Position numbers and translations under genes: made by a program. Of a stretch of 64,000 bases of DNA, positions 1 through 11,567 are shown in pieces (position 1 is the first letter of the stretch; the number at the start of each line of letters is the position of its first letter). This stretch comes from Octopus sinensis (lineage: Eukaryota): NCBI RefSeq assembly GCF_006345805.1, contig NC_042999.1, forward strand, positions 156,984,001 to 157,048,000, read 5' to 3'. A model generated the notes under the pieces. It did not search any database, had not been told where the DNA came from, and saw only the letters and a list, made by a program, of their open reading frames with translations.

Positions 1-41
1 CTGGCATTGAGATGTATGATTTGGTTGTTAGTACTAGTGTG
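1..41 (+). CDS. EXOSC6: Exosome complex component MTR3, internal exon (5'-truncated by the window edge)
   Basis: Frame from nt 3 reads GIEMYDLVVSTSV, followed by the donor GTAAGT at 42-47. Matches the recalled MTR3 motif DAGVEMYDLVV. Ends in phase 0. Confidence 0.9.
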
Positions 42-290
42 GTAAGTATATTTCAAATGATTTTAACACTAACAGTCCACATTATAGGAAGGGCACAGGC
101 AATAAATTGACCCCAAATGAAGGAAGTCAACTCTAGTGGGATTTCAGCTAAGACAGTTAAGGGCCAGTTACCTTTTGTCTAGTTGCAGAATTGGTCTTCT
201 AGGGAAGGAAATTGAATTAAATCAGTTGAATATGAATGACATCTGAGACTGTTGTAAGGAACAATCTGCCTGTGCTAGTAGGGTGTCAAG

Positions 291-646
291 AACACCATCC
301 GAGCGTGATCGTTGCCAGAGCAGCCATCTGGCTTCTGTACCCATGGCATGTACAAGGGCACCATTCGAGCGTGATTGTTACCAATGTCGCTTCACTGGCA
401 CATGTAAAAAGATTCGAGCAAAGTCATTGCCAGTACCGCCTGACTGGCCCCCGTGCAGGTGACACGTAAAAAGCACCTACTACACTCTCGGAGTGGTTGG
501 CGTTAGGAAGGACATCCAGCTGTGGAAACTCTGCCAGATCAAGACTGGAGCCTGGTGCAGCCATCTGGCTCGCCAGCCCTCAGTCAAAATCGTCCAACCC
601 ATGCTAGCATGGAAAGCGGACGTTAAACGATGATGATGATGATGAT
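291..646 (+). mobile_element. Family B: RTE-tail-like non-autonomous retroposon with (GAT)n tail
   Basis: Shared 3' end ...ccaacccatgctagcatggaaagcggacgttaaacgatgatg. Further copies lie at about 4640-5117, 10367-10680, 12180-12460(-), 12668-12926(-), 13672-13796(-) and 13800-14130. Confidence 0.75.
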
Positions 647-748
647 AACATTTCTGCCAGCCCCATTCATTGCTCAACACCCTAATAATAAAAAGTAATT
701 GTGTCTAACATAGGTTCAAGGACAGAAATATGGAAGGGAATTAGTTCT

Positions 749-977
749 TTAACTCTTTAGCATTTAAACCGGCCATATCCGGCCAAAAGTATTCTGCCCG
801 TTTTATGTTCAAACTGGCCAGATCTGGTCTCTCACACCAACCCTACAATATCGTTTTAAAAATTAACAGCTACCTCATCAAAATCTCATAGCTACAAGAT
901 AATGAATGATTAATTCAAAACAATGTAGATAAAGAAGCATTAATTTTGGCAGAATAATGCGAACCCTAAAGGGTTAA
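749..977. mobile_element. piggyBac-like MITE
   Basis: TTAA-C(T/C)CTTTAG ... CTAAAGGG-TTAA termini. An inverted copy lies at 11731-11956 and a degenerate copy at 2564-2780. Confidence 0.7.
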
Positions 978-1506
978 ACCAACCCAGTACTTAATCATAT
1001 CACCACCTAGAAAGATGAAAGACTAAGTTGAACTCAGTGGAATTTGAACTCATAATGTAAAGAGCAACAAAAAATACCGATGTGCTACCAGTTTTGCGAA
1101 AGCATCACTCTATATAGTAAATGGTAGCCACAAATCGCCTCTGATTGGAGAGATGTATTATCAGAATATTCCATAAATTAATGCGTGATTTGAGAAAGAT
1201 AAACTCTTATGGTTAGTAATTTAAGAACATGACTAACCTCAATTTTGTTAATGTTTTCTTAATATGGTGTTGTTGAGAAATTTTATTAAATTCCAGTATT
1301 TCGTGTAGATTTAAGTATTGTCCTCAAAATGTCTCCTTTTGACATTTTTTTCTTTATTCTTTTGCATTCATATTTCATGATTTGGACAAGTGTTTCTACA
1401 GCTCTTGTATCATAGCTAAGTGAATGTGTTGCTGAATTTGATTCTACTACGTTCTTAACAAGTTATTATTATTATACTATTTATATTTTATTTTATGTAT
1501 TTACAT

Positions 1507-1995
1507 TTATCATCATCATCATTGTTCGACCGTGATCGAGACAATGGAATTTACCATGCTACGCCAGACTTCACGGTCCATCATAGCATTTCGGAGGTCC
1601 TGTTGCTGGATGCCTGTATCCCTGGAGATTACATCAGGGTAGGAGAGTGTGTGCCCTCTGTTATCGTGAGTAGATGGCTTCCAGAGGAGAAGAGTAGAAA
1701 TTGCCTCGTTTACAGCTCTACAACAATGTCCAGCAAACTGGACTCTCCTACCTTTCACAAGAGATGACACAGGTGGTAGTTTCCCATATACTTGCATTTT
1801 GGTTGGATGACGCTTCCTCGAGAGATTTTGAGCTCTCATAAGGAGGCGAGTGTAGGTTCCATCCAACCACCTCTCAAGCTTCTTTGATAACGTCCAGGTT
1901 TCTGAGCCATATAGTAGAATTGGTTCGACTGTGGCTTTGAAGATTTCAAGTTTGAAGTCTCTACTTACATTTCTACCAACATAAGCACAGACATT
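1507..1995 (-). mobile_element. RTE/RTEX-like LINE 3' end (ORF2 C-terminus plus (TGA)n tail)
   Basis: Translates to FKATVEPILLYGSETWTL...LDGTYTRLLMR...FAGHC. The tail appears as catcatcatcat on the plus strand. The same 3' tip recurs at 58191-58272. Confidence 0.85.
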
Positions 1996-2340
1996 GCTGT
2001 GTAGTAACAAGTTCACTTCTCAACCACATGGTTTCGGGTTCAGTCCCGCTGCGTGGCACTTTGGGCAAGTGTCTTCCTGCTATAGTCTCAGGTCAGCCAA
2101 AACCTTATGAGCAGATTTGGTTGATGGAAACTAAAAGAAGCCTCGTGTGTGTGTGTGCATATGATATGTCACTGTCATGCAAGTGGTGTCCTTTGTTTCC
2201 AGTCTTCTGAAACATCTGGTCGTGGGAAAACAGATGAAGATTGGTGACATGAAGGGCATAAGACAATAGAAAATCTGCCTCAACAAATTCCATCCAACCG
2301 ATGGGAGCATGATAAAATAGATATTAGACAAGGAAGATAG
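1996..2340 (+). mobile_element. Family A SINE head and body with a B-like tail
   Basis: ggttcagtcccgctgcgtggcactttgggcaagtgtcttc body, as in the other family A copies. Confidence 0.6.
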
Positions 2341-2959
2341 AAATATAAGCATCGGGTAGACAGGAATTCGGATGCCTCCCTACTGTAATTACCCCCATAT
2401 TACATGACTTCAACAAAGTCCCTTTATCACATACCTTACATTCACAGACACTTCTGTGTTATAGATCATATTAATCATACAGAATATTTCAATTTAATTT
2501 TCTGGTAAAAATAATATAGGGGATAAAATTTTAGGAGTCTTTTATGTATACTTTATACCTACAGTAACCTTTTAGCATTCAGATTATCTGTCAAATGCAA
2601 TGCTTATTCATTCACATTATTTCGAATTAACCATGAATTATCTTGCAACTTCAAGATTATGATGATGTGATTGTTTATTTTTAGAATAACATTGTAGGGT
2701 TGGTGTGAGAGGCCAGTTTGAACGTAAGACATTTAGAATATTTGGGCCAGATATGGCTGGTTCAAATGCTAATGGATTAAGAGATAATCTCTATATATGC
2801 AGTTTTTGAAACACAGCTTAAGAAAAGATTCTTTTGTTTGAATGACATGATACTGAATGAGTTTGTTTGACTTTTAATTGGGTACAATATGAAATTGTAG
2901 TGTAGAAGATTTTCCTTCAGTATATTTGTATCATTCATTTACATAACTTTTCTTTTCAG

Positions 2960-3019
2960 CGTATTTCCAATAAATGCATCTTATTGGATCCAAGCAGAGA
3001 AGAAGAGTTCAAACCACAG
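2960..3019 (+). CDS. EXOSC6: MTR3 exon RISNKCILLDPSREEEFKPQ
   Basis: Acceptor ttttcttttcag, donor GTATGT, 60 nt, phase 0/0. Contains the LLDPxxEEE motif of RNase PH-like exosome ring subunits. Confidence 0.92.
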
Positions 3020-3100
3020 GTATGTTGTTTTTCCAAATTGTTCCTCAATTTTATAGATGATTCTTTTTTTTCTTTCTTTTATCTTAATCTTTCTATAAAA

Positions 3101-3442
3101 TTACGGAGATGTACTTGCATAGCAAGTGATTTGATCTGAGATTGTGTGCTGGAACGAAAACAATTGCAGCGTAGAAGGTGTTTGTAAGCCATTTAAGAAA
3201 CACACAAAAGCCGTTCGATTCACTTCAACGTTTAAGTTTAATTTGTCAAAATATTTTCGTCGCTATAAGACCACGACCTGTTCACTGACAGATGCAGCAT
3301 GGATTTTTGTCAGTGAACAGGTTGCGGTCTTATAGCGACGAAAATATTTAGACAAATTAAACTTAAATGTTGAAGTGAATCGAACGGCTTTTGTGTGTTT
3401 CTTAAATGGCTTACAAACACCTTCCACGCTGCAATTGGTTTC
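3101..3442. mobile_element. Palindromic MITE with the right end truncated
   Basis: Arms about 3155-3290 and 3308-3442 are reverse complements. The right half of the same family, ending gcaagtacatctccgtaa, lies at about 45725-45925. Confidence 0.8.
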
Positions 3443-3574
3443 TTTGAAATCCATTATGTAAATTCTGGATATACTAAATATGTACCTCAAACATCCACAA
3501 AGTCAAAAAGCTGCAAAACGATAATTAAACATGGCTCCTCAAATGTTTGGGGACATCCTTAGAAGTAGTTCATA

Positions 3575-4120
3575 GCTTCCATTACCTTGATAAGTAAGTT
3601 AGCAGTGAGGGAGGATTCTCTGAAAGCATAGTTGCCAGAATAAGAACAGGCTGGGCAAAGTTCGGAGAGCTACTATCTTTGTTGGTAACAAAGAGCCTTT
3701 CCCTCAGAGCGAAAGGCTGACTGTATAATGCTCGTGTACAGACAGCTATGCTACATGGCAGTGAAACATGGGCTGTGACTACTGAGGACATGTAAAAGCT
3801 TGAAAGAAATGAATTCAGCATGCTCTGTTGGATGTTCAATATCAGTGTAAATGTTTTAGGGTGAGATTGGGAATAAGAGGAATCAGATGTAGTGTGTGAG
3901 AGAGAGGACTATGCTAGAATGGTCATATGTGTATGGGTGAGGACAGCTGCTTAAAGAAATGCTGACCTCTACCAGTGGAGAGAACCTGTGGGATAAGTCA
4001 ACCTAGGAAGACATGGGACAAAGTGGTGAGAAATGATCTTAGGATGTTGAGCCTCACATAGATAATAAGGGACTGAGACTTATGATTAACTATGCTCAAA
4101 AAGACACTGCAAGCTAAGTA
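3575..4120 (+). mobile_element. Degenerate RTE LINE 3' fragment
   Basis: Reads VARIRTGWAKFGELLSLLVTK...TAMLHGSETWAV with internal stops. Confidence 0.75.
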
Positions 4121-5875
4121 AAATTATGGCCATCCATACATACAAGCATGTCCTTTACAACCATGCCCTCCCCCTCTCATACACATACACGCATATTCTG
4201 TCCTCTGTCAAAACTTCCCCACAACCCATCTTCCCACCACCTATGATAACCACATGCTACAGGTCCCTCCCTTCTCCTTCATGCTCCTATCTAGACACTT
4301 ACCACGTCCTCACATATCTCTCATTCTCTCCTCAGCCAACCCAATATCTCTCACCATCACTTATTATTTTTCCCCATCTCTAAACATTTCCCCTCACCCT
4401 CTTATGAAATATTCTCTTCTGTCCTCTCTGTACTACTTGTATCCCCTGCTCACTGTTTCCTGTGGGAGGTAGGTCCTGATGCATCTCCAACACCATTTCT
4501 TTCTCTCTCTCTTACTCACTGTCTCTCTATTTTTCTCTCTCACTCTATCTCCTCTGTAGTAAGACACCTGTTTCTATCCTATTATACACAAACCTCTCAC
4601 CTGGCACAAAACCTCAGTACCAGCCCCTCTTGCAATCAAGAGGCTTTTCTTTTGCAAGTTACTTGATCGTGCTGGTATTGGTGCCACATAAAAAAAACCC
4701 AGTAAAGCACTTCGTAAAGTGCTTTATTATAAAGGCATGCAACAATAGAAACCTTGCCAAAGCAGACAATGAAGCCTGATGTAGTTCTCTGGCTTGCCAG
4801 CTCTTGTCAAACCGTCCAACCCATGCCAGCATGGAAAGCAGACCATTTGTGTTTACTTATGTGTGTGTTTTTGTGTATAGCCTTGCCTTGAAACCATTTG
4901 ATGATTGCAAATGAGAATCACTGTCATACGAGTGATGTCATTCATTTCCAGTCTTCCATGGAAAGCGTATCTGATCATAGATAATATTCCTTGCTTGGAA
5001 TCAGGTGAGGGTTGGCAACAGGAAGGGCATCTGGATGTAGAAAATCTGCCTCAATAAATTCTGTCTGACCCATGCCTGCATGGAAAAGTGAACAGTAAAT
5101 GATGATGATGATGATGTATATTGTAAGTAAATTTGAGGTTTATTACAATTTAGTGGTCATAGCATTTACATGCCAACAGTTGGGCCAAGCTGTCTCTGGG
5201 TCACTTAGAATTGTAATAATTGTAGCAGTGGTATACCACTGCCACGAGATGAAGTGTGGACACTACAAGAAACCAAAATGTTTTGTTAAAGTGTGTATGA
5301 GAATGTGGCAGTCATGAATTTCCAGAGGGAGTGCTAAGTTGGGATGGTAGTAGTATATGTTTGTGAGCGTGTGCATGTGTAAGTGTGGATCTAATAGGTC
5401 AGTAATAGCAGGATGTAGGATCAGGAGATTGTGTGTGTGTGTGCAGAAGATAAATAAAGTGAGAGTTGATAGATAAACATCAGAAATTGTCTTCATGGTA
5501 ATTAAGATGTCAATAACATTAAATTCCATTTAAACGCAGTAAATCCAGTAATGGTTTCTTGATTGCTGTATTTTACTTTGATGATTTGGATAAAGATCGT
5601 TTTTGAATTCTGTATCTTAATTATGTAACTCTATAAATAATTTCAAATTTTAGCACAATGCCAGTAATTTGGAGAGAAGAGATAAGTTGATTATATCAAC
5701 CCCCAATGTTCAGCTAATACTTATTTCTTCGACCTCAAAAAAATGTAAAGCAAAGTTGACCATGGTAATATTTGAACTTGGAATATAAAGACAGACAGAA
5801 TGCTTAGTAGCATTTTGCTCAGCATGCTAATGATTCTGCCAGTTGGCCGTCTTCAGTTCTATAAATAACAACACT

Positions 5876-6269
5876 TACTCTTTTACTTGTTTCAGTCATT
5901 TGACTGCGGCCATGCTGGAGCACCGCCTTTAGTCGAGCAAATCGACCCCGGGACTTATTATTTGTAAGCCCAGTACTTATTCTATCGGTCTCTTTTGCCA
6001 GAACCGCTAAGTTACGGGGACATAAACACACCAGCATCGGTTGTCAAGCAATGCTAGGGGGACAAACACACACACACAAACACACACACATGCACATATA
6101 CATATATACGACGGGCTTCTTTTCAGTTTCTGTCTACCAAATCCACTCACACGGCATTGGTCGGCCCGGGGCTATAGCAGAAGACACTTGCCCAAGATGC
6201 CACGCAGTGGGATTGAACCCTGAACCATGTGGTTGGTTAGCAAGCTACTTACCACACAGCCACTCCTGC
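5876..6269 (-). mobile_element. Family A tRNA-derived SINE with a CORE-like central segment
   Basis: A/B-box-like head ggcgcaggagtggctgtgtggtaag...ggttcagtccc; gcaccttgggcaagtgtcttc resembles the CORE domain; internal CA/TA microsatellite; (AAGAGT)n tail. Confidence 0.85.
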
Positions 6270-6585
6270 TTTTTATTCTTATGTATGTTTGTTTGTCTGA
6301 GTAAGATTGTAGTACTCCCATCTTAACATGTGTTTACTAGCTGGTTGTGAACAATGGATTTGCATCAAGGTCATTTGTTTACAGTCCACTGTAAAAGCAT
6401 ATCTTGGTGTTTTTGGCATGTCTCAATATGTTACAAGGCCTTTGTAAACAAAAAGCTAAGTCATATCCTGTTCTTTGTTTCCAGTGTTTCACACAAACAT
6501 GTCTTGGCTGTTTATTGTTTCATAGACTAGTGGATTGTTAGCCTGCTTGAAAACAGTTGGGGGTTGGTGTTGGGAAAGGCATCTG

Positions 6586-6994
6586 GGATCTTATCTGTTT
6601 GAACAGCAGTTTTAAACATAATTTCTAGGTAACTAAACACTTTTAAACTTCGTATACTGGTAGAATGTGTTTATAAAACATCTTTTTCTCTTGGCTTCAT
6701 TGAGAAAATTCTATAGTTTGTAAGATATTTGTTGTTTTTTTTCTTCAATTTCTGCAATTTCAACTAAACAGTGACGTCTATTGAGTTAAAAGCATTCTGT
6801 GCCGTATGAATATGTCCCTCGTTTAAGAAACAGATTGGGTTTATTTACATTTGTGAAGAAAAAAAGATACCCTTCCCCCACTCCTAACCCTAAAAGAGAT
6901 TGAAATGCAATAAATCGGTTCTAGGGTCATAATTATGGGTGACAATTTCATATGACACCGCTAGAAAAAACTGCCGTTCAAACCGAGAAGATCC
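6586..6994 (+). mobile_element. GGATC-TIR MITE of about 410 bp with an internal CCCTAA tract
   Basis: Terminal inverted repeats (TIRs) ggatcttttcggtttgaacggcagttttt / aaaaactgccgttcaaaccgaaaagatcc; the left TIR is degenerate in this copy. Confidence 0.85.
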
Positions 6995-7221
6995 AGCATC
7001 TGACCATAGAAAACTTTACCCCAACATGCTCTCATCTGACTCATGCAAGTATGGAAAAGTAGACATAAAAAAAATTATGAGGGTGATAATATATGCATAC
7101 AAATTCGTGTGCATGCATATAGATATAATGTATTAGTATAAGTATCACTGTTGGTTAAGAAATTTGATTCACAACTACGATGTTTCAAATTTGTTTCCAC
7201 ATTGTGGTATTGTGATTAGGT

Positions 7222-7602
7222 GTGGAGGCGCAATGGCCCAGTGGTTAGGGCAGCGGACTCACGGTCATAGGATTGCGGTTTCCCAGACCGGGCGTTGTGA
7301 GTGTTTATTGAGCGAAAAACACCTAAAGCTCCACGAGGCTCCGGCAGGGGATGGTGGTGATTCCTGCTGTACTCTTTCACCACAACTTTCTCTCACTCTT
7401 ACTTCCTGTTTCTGTTGTACCTGTATTTCAAAGGGCCGGCCTTGTCACTCTCTGTGTCACGCTGAATATCCTCAAGAACTACATTAAGGGTACACGTGTC
7501 TGTGGAGTGCTCAGCCACTTACACGTTAATTTCACGAGCAGGCTGTTCCGTTGATTCGGATCAACTGGAACCCTCGTCGTCGTAACCGATGGAGTGCGTC
7601 CA
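7222..7602 (+). mobile_element. Family C tRNA-derived SINE (about 380 bp)
   Basis: Head ggcgcaatggcccagtggttagggcagcggactc; near-identical to five other copies in the window. Confidence 0.9.
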
Positions 7603-7959
7603 TCCTTCCATTATGATAAGGTGTGTTCTACTGTCACCTCTGGCTGACCCAATGCCTTGTGAGTGGACTTAATAGACAGAAACTGTAGAAAGCTTGTTGC
7701 ATGTGTGGCATACCTGTGTCTGCCAGTTGCCTTGATGTCTGCACATTGTGTATAAATCAGAGTCAGTGCCTTTACAACAGCTTTGTTTACAATTTCCACA
7801 GAAACACATTCAGCCATTGAGCTGTTCATTGTTCAAAGGCAAATAATAACTTACTCGGAAACAATTGAGGGTTGCTGACAGGAAGAGCATCCAGCTGCAG
7901 AAAAAACTGCCTCTGTAACTAATGCTCTGTTGAACCTTGTATCTCAACATCCTGAGAGT

Positions 7960-8660
7960 TGCTGTTCTAGGAAGAAAGGACTAGTCATGGTACTTGGTAC
8001 AGGGTCTGGTAGGACTCGATACAGCAGGGGTGATTGAGGAGTGCGGATGAGTTGTGAAAATGTGAGACCAGCTAGCTTTGAGGGACATAGGGGCCATTGT
8101 AGTAGTGATATAAAAGACAAAGAAAGGAGACGCCAATCATCCAGGATCTTTCTCTGAATGTGGTTTAGGATGTCTGATGTGGAAGCAGCACTTTATTGTG
8201 GGCTTCATTTGAACCTTAAAAAATGTAAGCACTTGTGAGGGGCTAAAATATTTTCTGGCCCTGAAGAGAAAGGTCTGTCTTTGGGATGTAGTCTTAGCTG
8301 TCCTAAGAATGTGCTGTCACCACGGTAGATCCTCAGTGATTAGGAGGACTCTGAGTGCCTTTCATGTTTAGTGAGGGAGGATGTGGTGTGGAAAAGTTTT
8401 CTGTGTATGATGAGTTGTTTTGCTGTTATAATGTAGATTCAGCATGAGGTTTTCTCAGCTGCCTGTGGGTAATTCATGGTTGAGGAAACTTAGCTGGGAG
8501 TAATGGGTTATGTCATCTGCAGATGAGTGGCATTGTTGGATGTGTAGGTCATTGATACAGAGAATGAAGAGAGTAGGTGACAAAACTGAACCCTGGAGAA
8601 CACCAGAGTTGATAGAGAGTAGGATAGAAAAAGCTCTATCAACATAATGCAGTTAAAGCT
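7960..8660 (-). mobile_element. Degenerate L2/CR1-group LINE (RT to 3' end)
   Basis: Minus strand reads SGVLQGSVLSPTLFILCINDL...SAD. Confidence 0.7.
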
Positions 8661-8684
8661 ATCAGATATGAAGCTATGGAGATG

Positions 8685-8890
8685 GGCACAGAATGCTTTT
8701 TACCTCAATAGACGTCAGTGATTGGTTGAAATTGTAGAAATTGAAGAAAAAAAACAACAAATATCTTACAGACTATAGAATTTTCTCAATAAAGCCAAGA
8801 GAAAAAGATGTTTTATAAACACATTCTACCAGTAGACTAAGTATAAAATTTTTTAGTTACCTAGAAATTATGTTAAAAGCTGCCGTTCAA
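8685..8890 (-). mobile_element. GGATC-TIR MITE, partial
   Basis: Matches about half of the family consensus. Confidence 0.8.
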
Positions 8891-8989
8891 GAATTTGACA
8901 CTTAAAATTTCACTCCAAATTTTAAATTGTTTGTATTGTCATATTCAGTAATACTATTATGATCTATTTTCATGATATTGCACTACATA

Positions 8990-9402
8990 GGCGCAGGAAT
9001 GGCTGTGTGGTAAGTAGCTTGCTTACCAACCACATGGTTCCAAAGTTCAGTCCCACTGCGTGGCACCTTGGGCAAGTGTCTTCTACTATAGCCTCGGGCC
9101 AACCAAAGCCTTGCGAGTGGATTTGGTAGGCGGAAACTGAAAGAAGCCCGCTGCATATATGTATATATATATATATACATGTTTGCGTGTATGTTTGTGT
9201 GTCTGTGTTTGTCCCCCTAGCATTGCTTGACAACCGATGCTGGTGTGTTTACATCCCCGTAACTTAGCGGTTCAGCAAAAGAGACCGATAGAATAAGTAC
9301 TGGGCTTACAAAGAATAATTCTCGGGGCCGAGTTGCTCGATTAAAAGCGGTGCTCCAGCATGGCTGCAGTCAAATGACTGAAACAAGTAAAAGAGTAAAG
9401 AG
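8990..9402 (+). mobile_element. Family A SINE, full length
   Basis: Complete from head to tail; ends about 85 bp upstream of the MTR3 exon at 9488. Confidence 0.88.
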
Positions 9403-9487
9403 TACATACTCTAGAAATTTATTGTTTGTACTAATTAAATATATATATACATTTATGAATACACTTACTTCATGTTCTTGTTTACAG

Positions 9488-9598
9488 AAAGAAGTGAATG
9501 AAAACAATGCAAGTCTCACAGTTGCCTATATGCCATCCTTGAATCAGATATCAGCTCTAACTTCCAGTGGTGAATGTGTGTTGGAAATGATAACGAAG
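9488..9598 (+). CDS. EXOSC6: MTR3 exon KEVNENNASLTVAYMPSLNQISALTSSGECVLEMITK
   Basis: Acceptor tttacag, donor GTAAGA, 111 nt, phase 0/0. Resembles human MTR3 [22 protein letters not shown] (recalled). Confidence 0.93.
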
Positions 9599-9908
9599 GT
9601 AAGACATTCTGCTAGTGTTTGTTATTCAATTATGTTTCCTTTGAAATTAGTTCAAGAAAACCTCTTTTGGTTTAAGTGCATAACTTTTCTGTTAGTAATA
9701 GCAGGAACTGGTGTTAGTTCATCTGATTCATGTCAGCTGCACCTTATCTTACCGTTTGAAGGAAAGAAACATGTCAACTGGACCACAGTTATAGCTTACT
9801 TTTAATTTCTTATCCCAGTATCACATTTGTTCCTGGAATCATTAATAATTTAAGATCACCTCTATTTCATGTATGTATAGGCATTTCTTAAATATTTAAA
9901 ATTAAACA

Positions 9909-10130
9909 TTAACCCTTTCGTTACTGAATTTATTTTGAGATGCTCTGTGTTTCTTTCAATTACTTTAAATATAACAAAGAATTTAGTAAAATAACTTAGT
10001 TATCATTCAGCTAGTGTTAGGAACATAAATTTTGACTAAGGTTTGGTGGAAGATTTTAATTAAAAACTTATGAATACAAAACATTTGTACTCAGAGCCGG
10101 TTTCAGCCGGGTTGGTAACAAAAGGGTTAT
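9909..10130. mobile_element. piggyBac-like MITE, second family
   Basis: ttaaccctttcgttac ... ggtaacaaaagggttat termini. Confidence 0.65.
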
Positions 10131-10770
10131 GCATCTATAGAATGAAAATATGCTTGAAATGTTTAAATTCTGACATGTCAGAAACTGAGCAGCTGCAAAT
10201 TTTGGAACCTTTCAAGATTGTCCAAAAGTATTATTTTGATATTTTTGGTTCATTCAAACCTTTCCGAATGGTTGTCATCAAATCATTCGTCATGGAGTTG
10301 CAAAGCAAGCTTTTTAACGACATAGCGATACCTGTAATATTTTTTTATCTTTTAGATTATCATCTTAAAAGCACCATCCGAATCGTGGCCGATGCCAGTG
10401 CCGCCTCGACTGGCTTCCGTACCAGTGGCACGTAAAATGCACCAATCCGACCGTGGCCGTTGCCAGCCTCGCCTGGCACCTGTGCAGGTGGCACGTAAAA
10501 AGCACCCACTACACTCACGGAGTGCTTGGCGTTAGGAAGGGCATCCAGCTGTAGAAACATTGCCAGATAAGACTGGAGCCTGGTGCAGCCTCCTGGCTTC
10601 CCAGATCCCTGGTCGAACCATCCAACCCATGCTAGCATGGAGAACGGACGTTAAACGATGATGATGATGATGATGATGATCTTACTATTTAGTTGTATTT
10701 TCGATATCACCAAAAATCATATTCTCGTTATTCAGTTTCTGAAAACTTATTTTCTTCCTCTTTCTTGCAG

Positions 10771-10857
10771 GCCATTAAGCTATGTATTGACAGTTGCCAA
10801 CAAATTTACCCTGTCATTCAACACTGCCTAATCAAGTCAAAAGGATTTGATCAATAA
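10771..10857 (+). CDS. EXOSC6: MTR3 terminal coding exon AIKLCIDSCQQIYPVIQHCLIKSKGFDQ*
   Basis: Long polypyrimidine acceptor tttcttcctctttcttgcag. Resembles human [20 protein letters not shown]. TAA stop at 10855-10857. Confidence 0.92.
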   Translation, partial: AIKLCIDSCQQIYPVIQHCLIKSKGFDQ

Positions 10858-10858
10858 A
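10853..10858 (+). terminator. Candidate polyadenylation signal AATAAA overlapping the MTR3 stop codon
   Basis: GATCAATAAATG; T-rich sequence follows. Confidence 0.4.
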
Positions 10859-11157
10859 TGTTATTGAATTTTTTAAATTCTTTTTCGTTTTAATTATTTT
10901 TAGTATGAAAAATTTGGTATTTCCTAAAATATATTCAGATTTCTGAGGATATTATAAAAACAACCAAATTGTATGTAAACACATTTGCAGTTATCAACAA
11001 TTCATACAGCATGTACAAATGTATGTCTCATATATAAACATATTAGCTACATATGTGAAACACTATGACAGGGTAGGACCACTGTCTCTCTCATGATTCA
11101 GACAAAGACATTGATTTTTTTCTCTATACTCAGTCTCTACCAGGAGATACAATTTTA

Positions 11158-11567
11158 GGATCTTTTCGGTTTGAATGGCAGTTTTTAACATAATTTCTAG
11201 GTAACTAAAAAATTTTAAACTTCGTATACTGGTAGAATGTGTTTATAAAACATCTTTTTCTCTTGGCTTTATTGAGAAAATTCTAGAGTTTGTAAGATAT
11301 TTGTTGTTTTTTCTTCAATTTCTGCAATTTCAACCAATCAGTGACGTCTATTGAGTTAAAAAGCATTCTGTGCTGTATGAATATGTCCCTTGTTTAAGAA
11401 ACAGATTGGGTTTATTTACATTTGTGAAGAAAAAAAGATACCCTTCCCCCCACCCCCCAACCCTAAAACAGATTGAAATGCAATAGATTGATTCTAGGGT
11501 CATAATTATGGGTGACAATTTCATATGACACCGCTAGAAAAAACTGCCGTTCAAAATGAAAAGATCC
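11158..11567 (+). mobile_element. GGATC-TIR MITE
   Basis: Full-length family copy with several CpG-to-TpG changes. Confidence 0.9.

Noticed and set aside
7222-7300. tRNA-like heads of families A, C and D as genuine tRNA genes
   Set aside because: They lack a complete acceptor stem, run into a constant SINE body, and several copies have TSDs.
9350-9805. 151-aa ORF as a single-exon gene
   Set aside because: Only 9488-9598 is MTR3-like and splice-bounded; the rest is SINE tail and intron.
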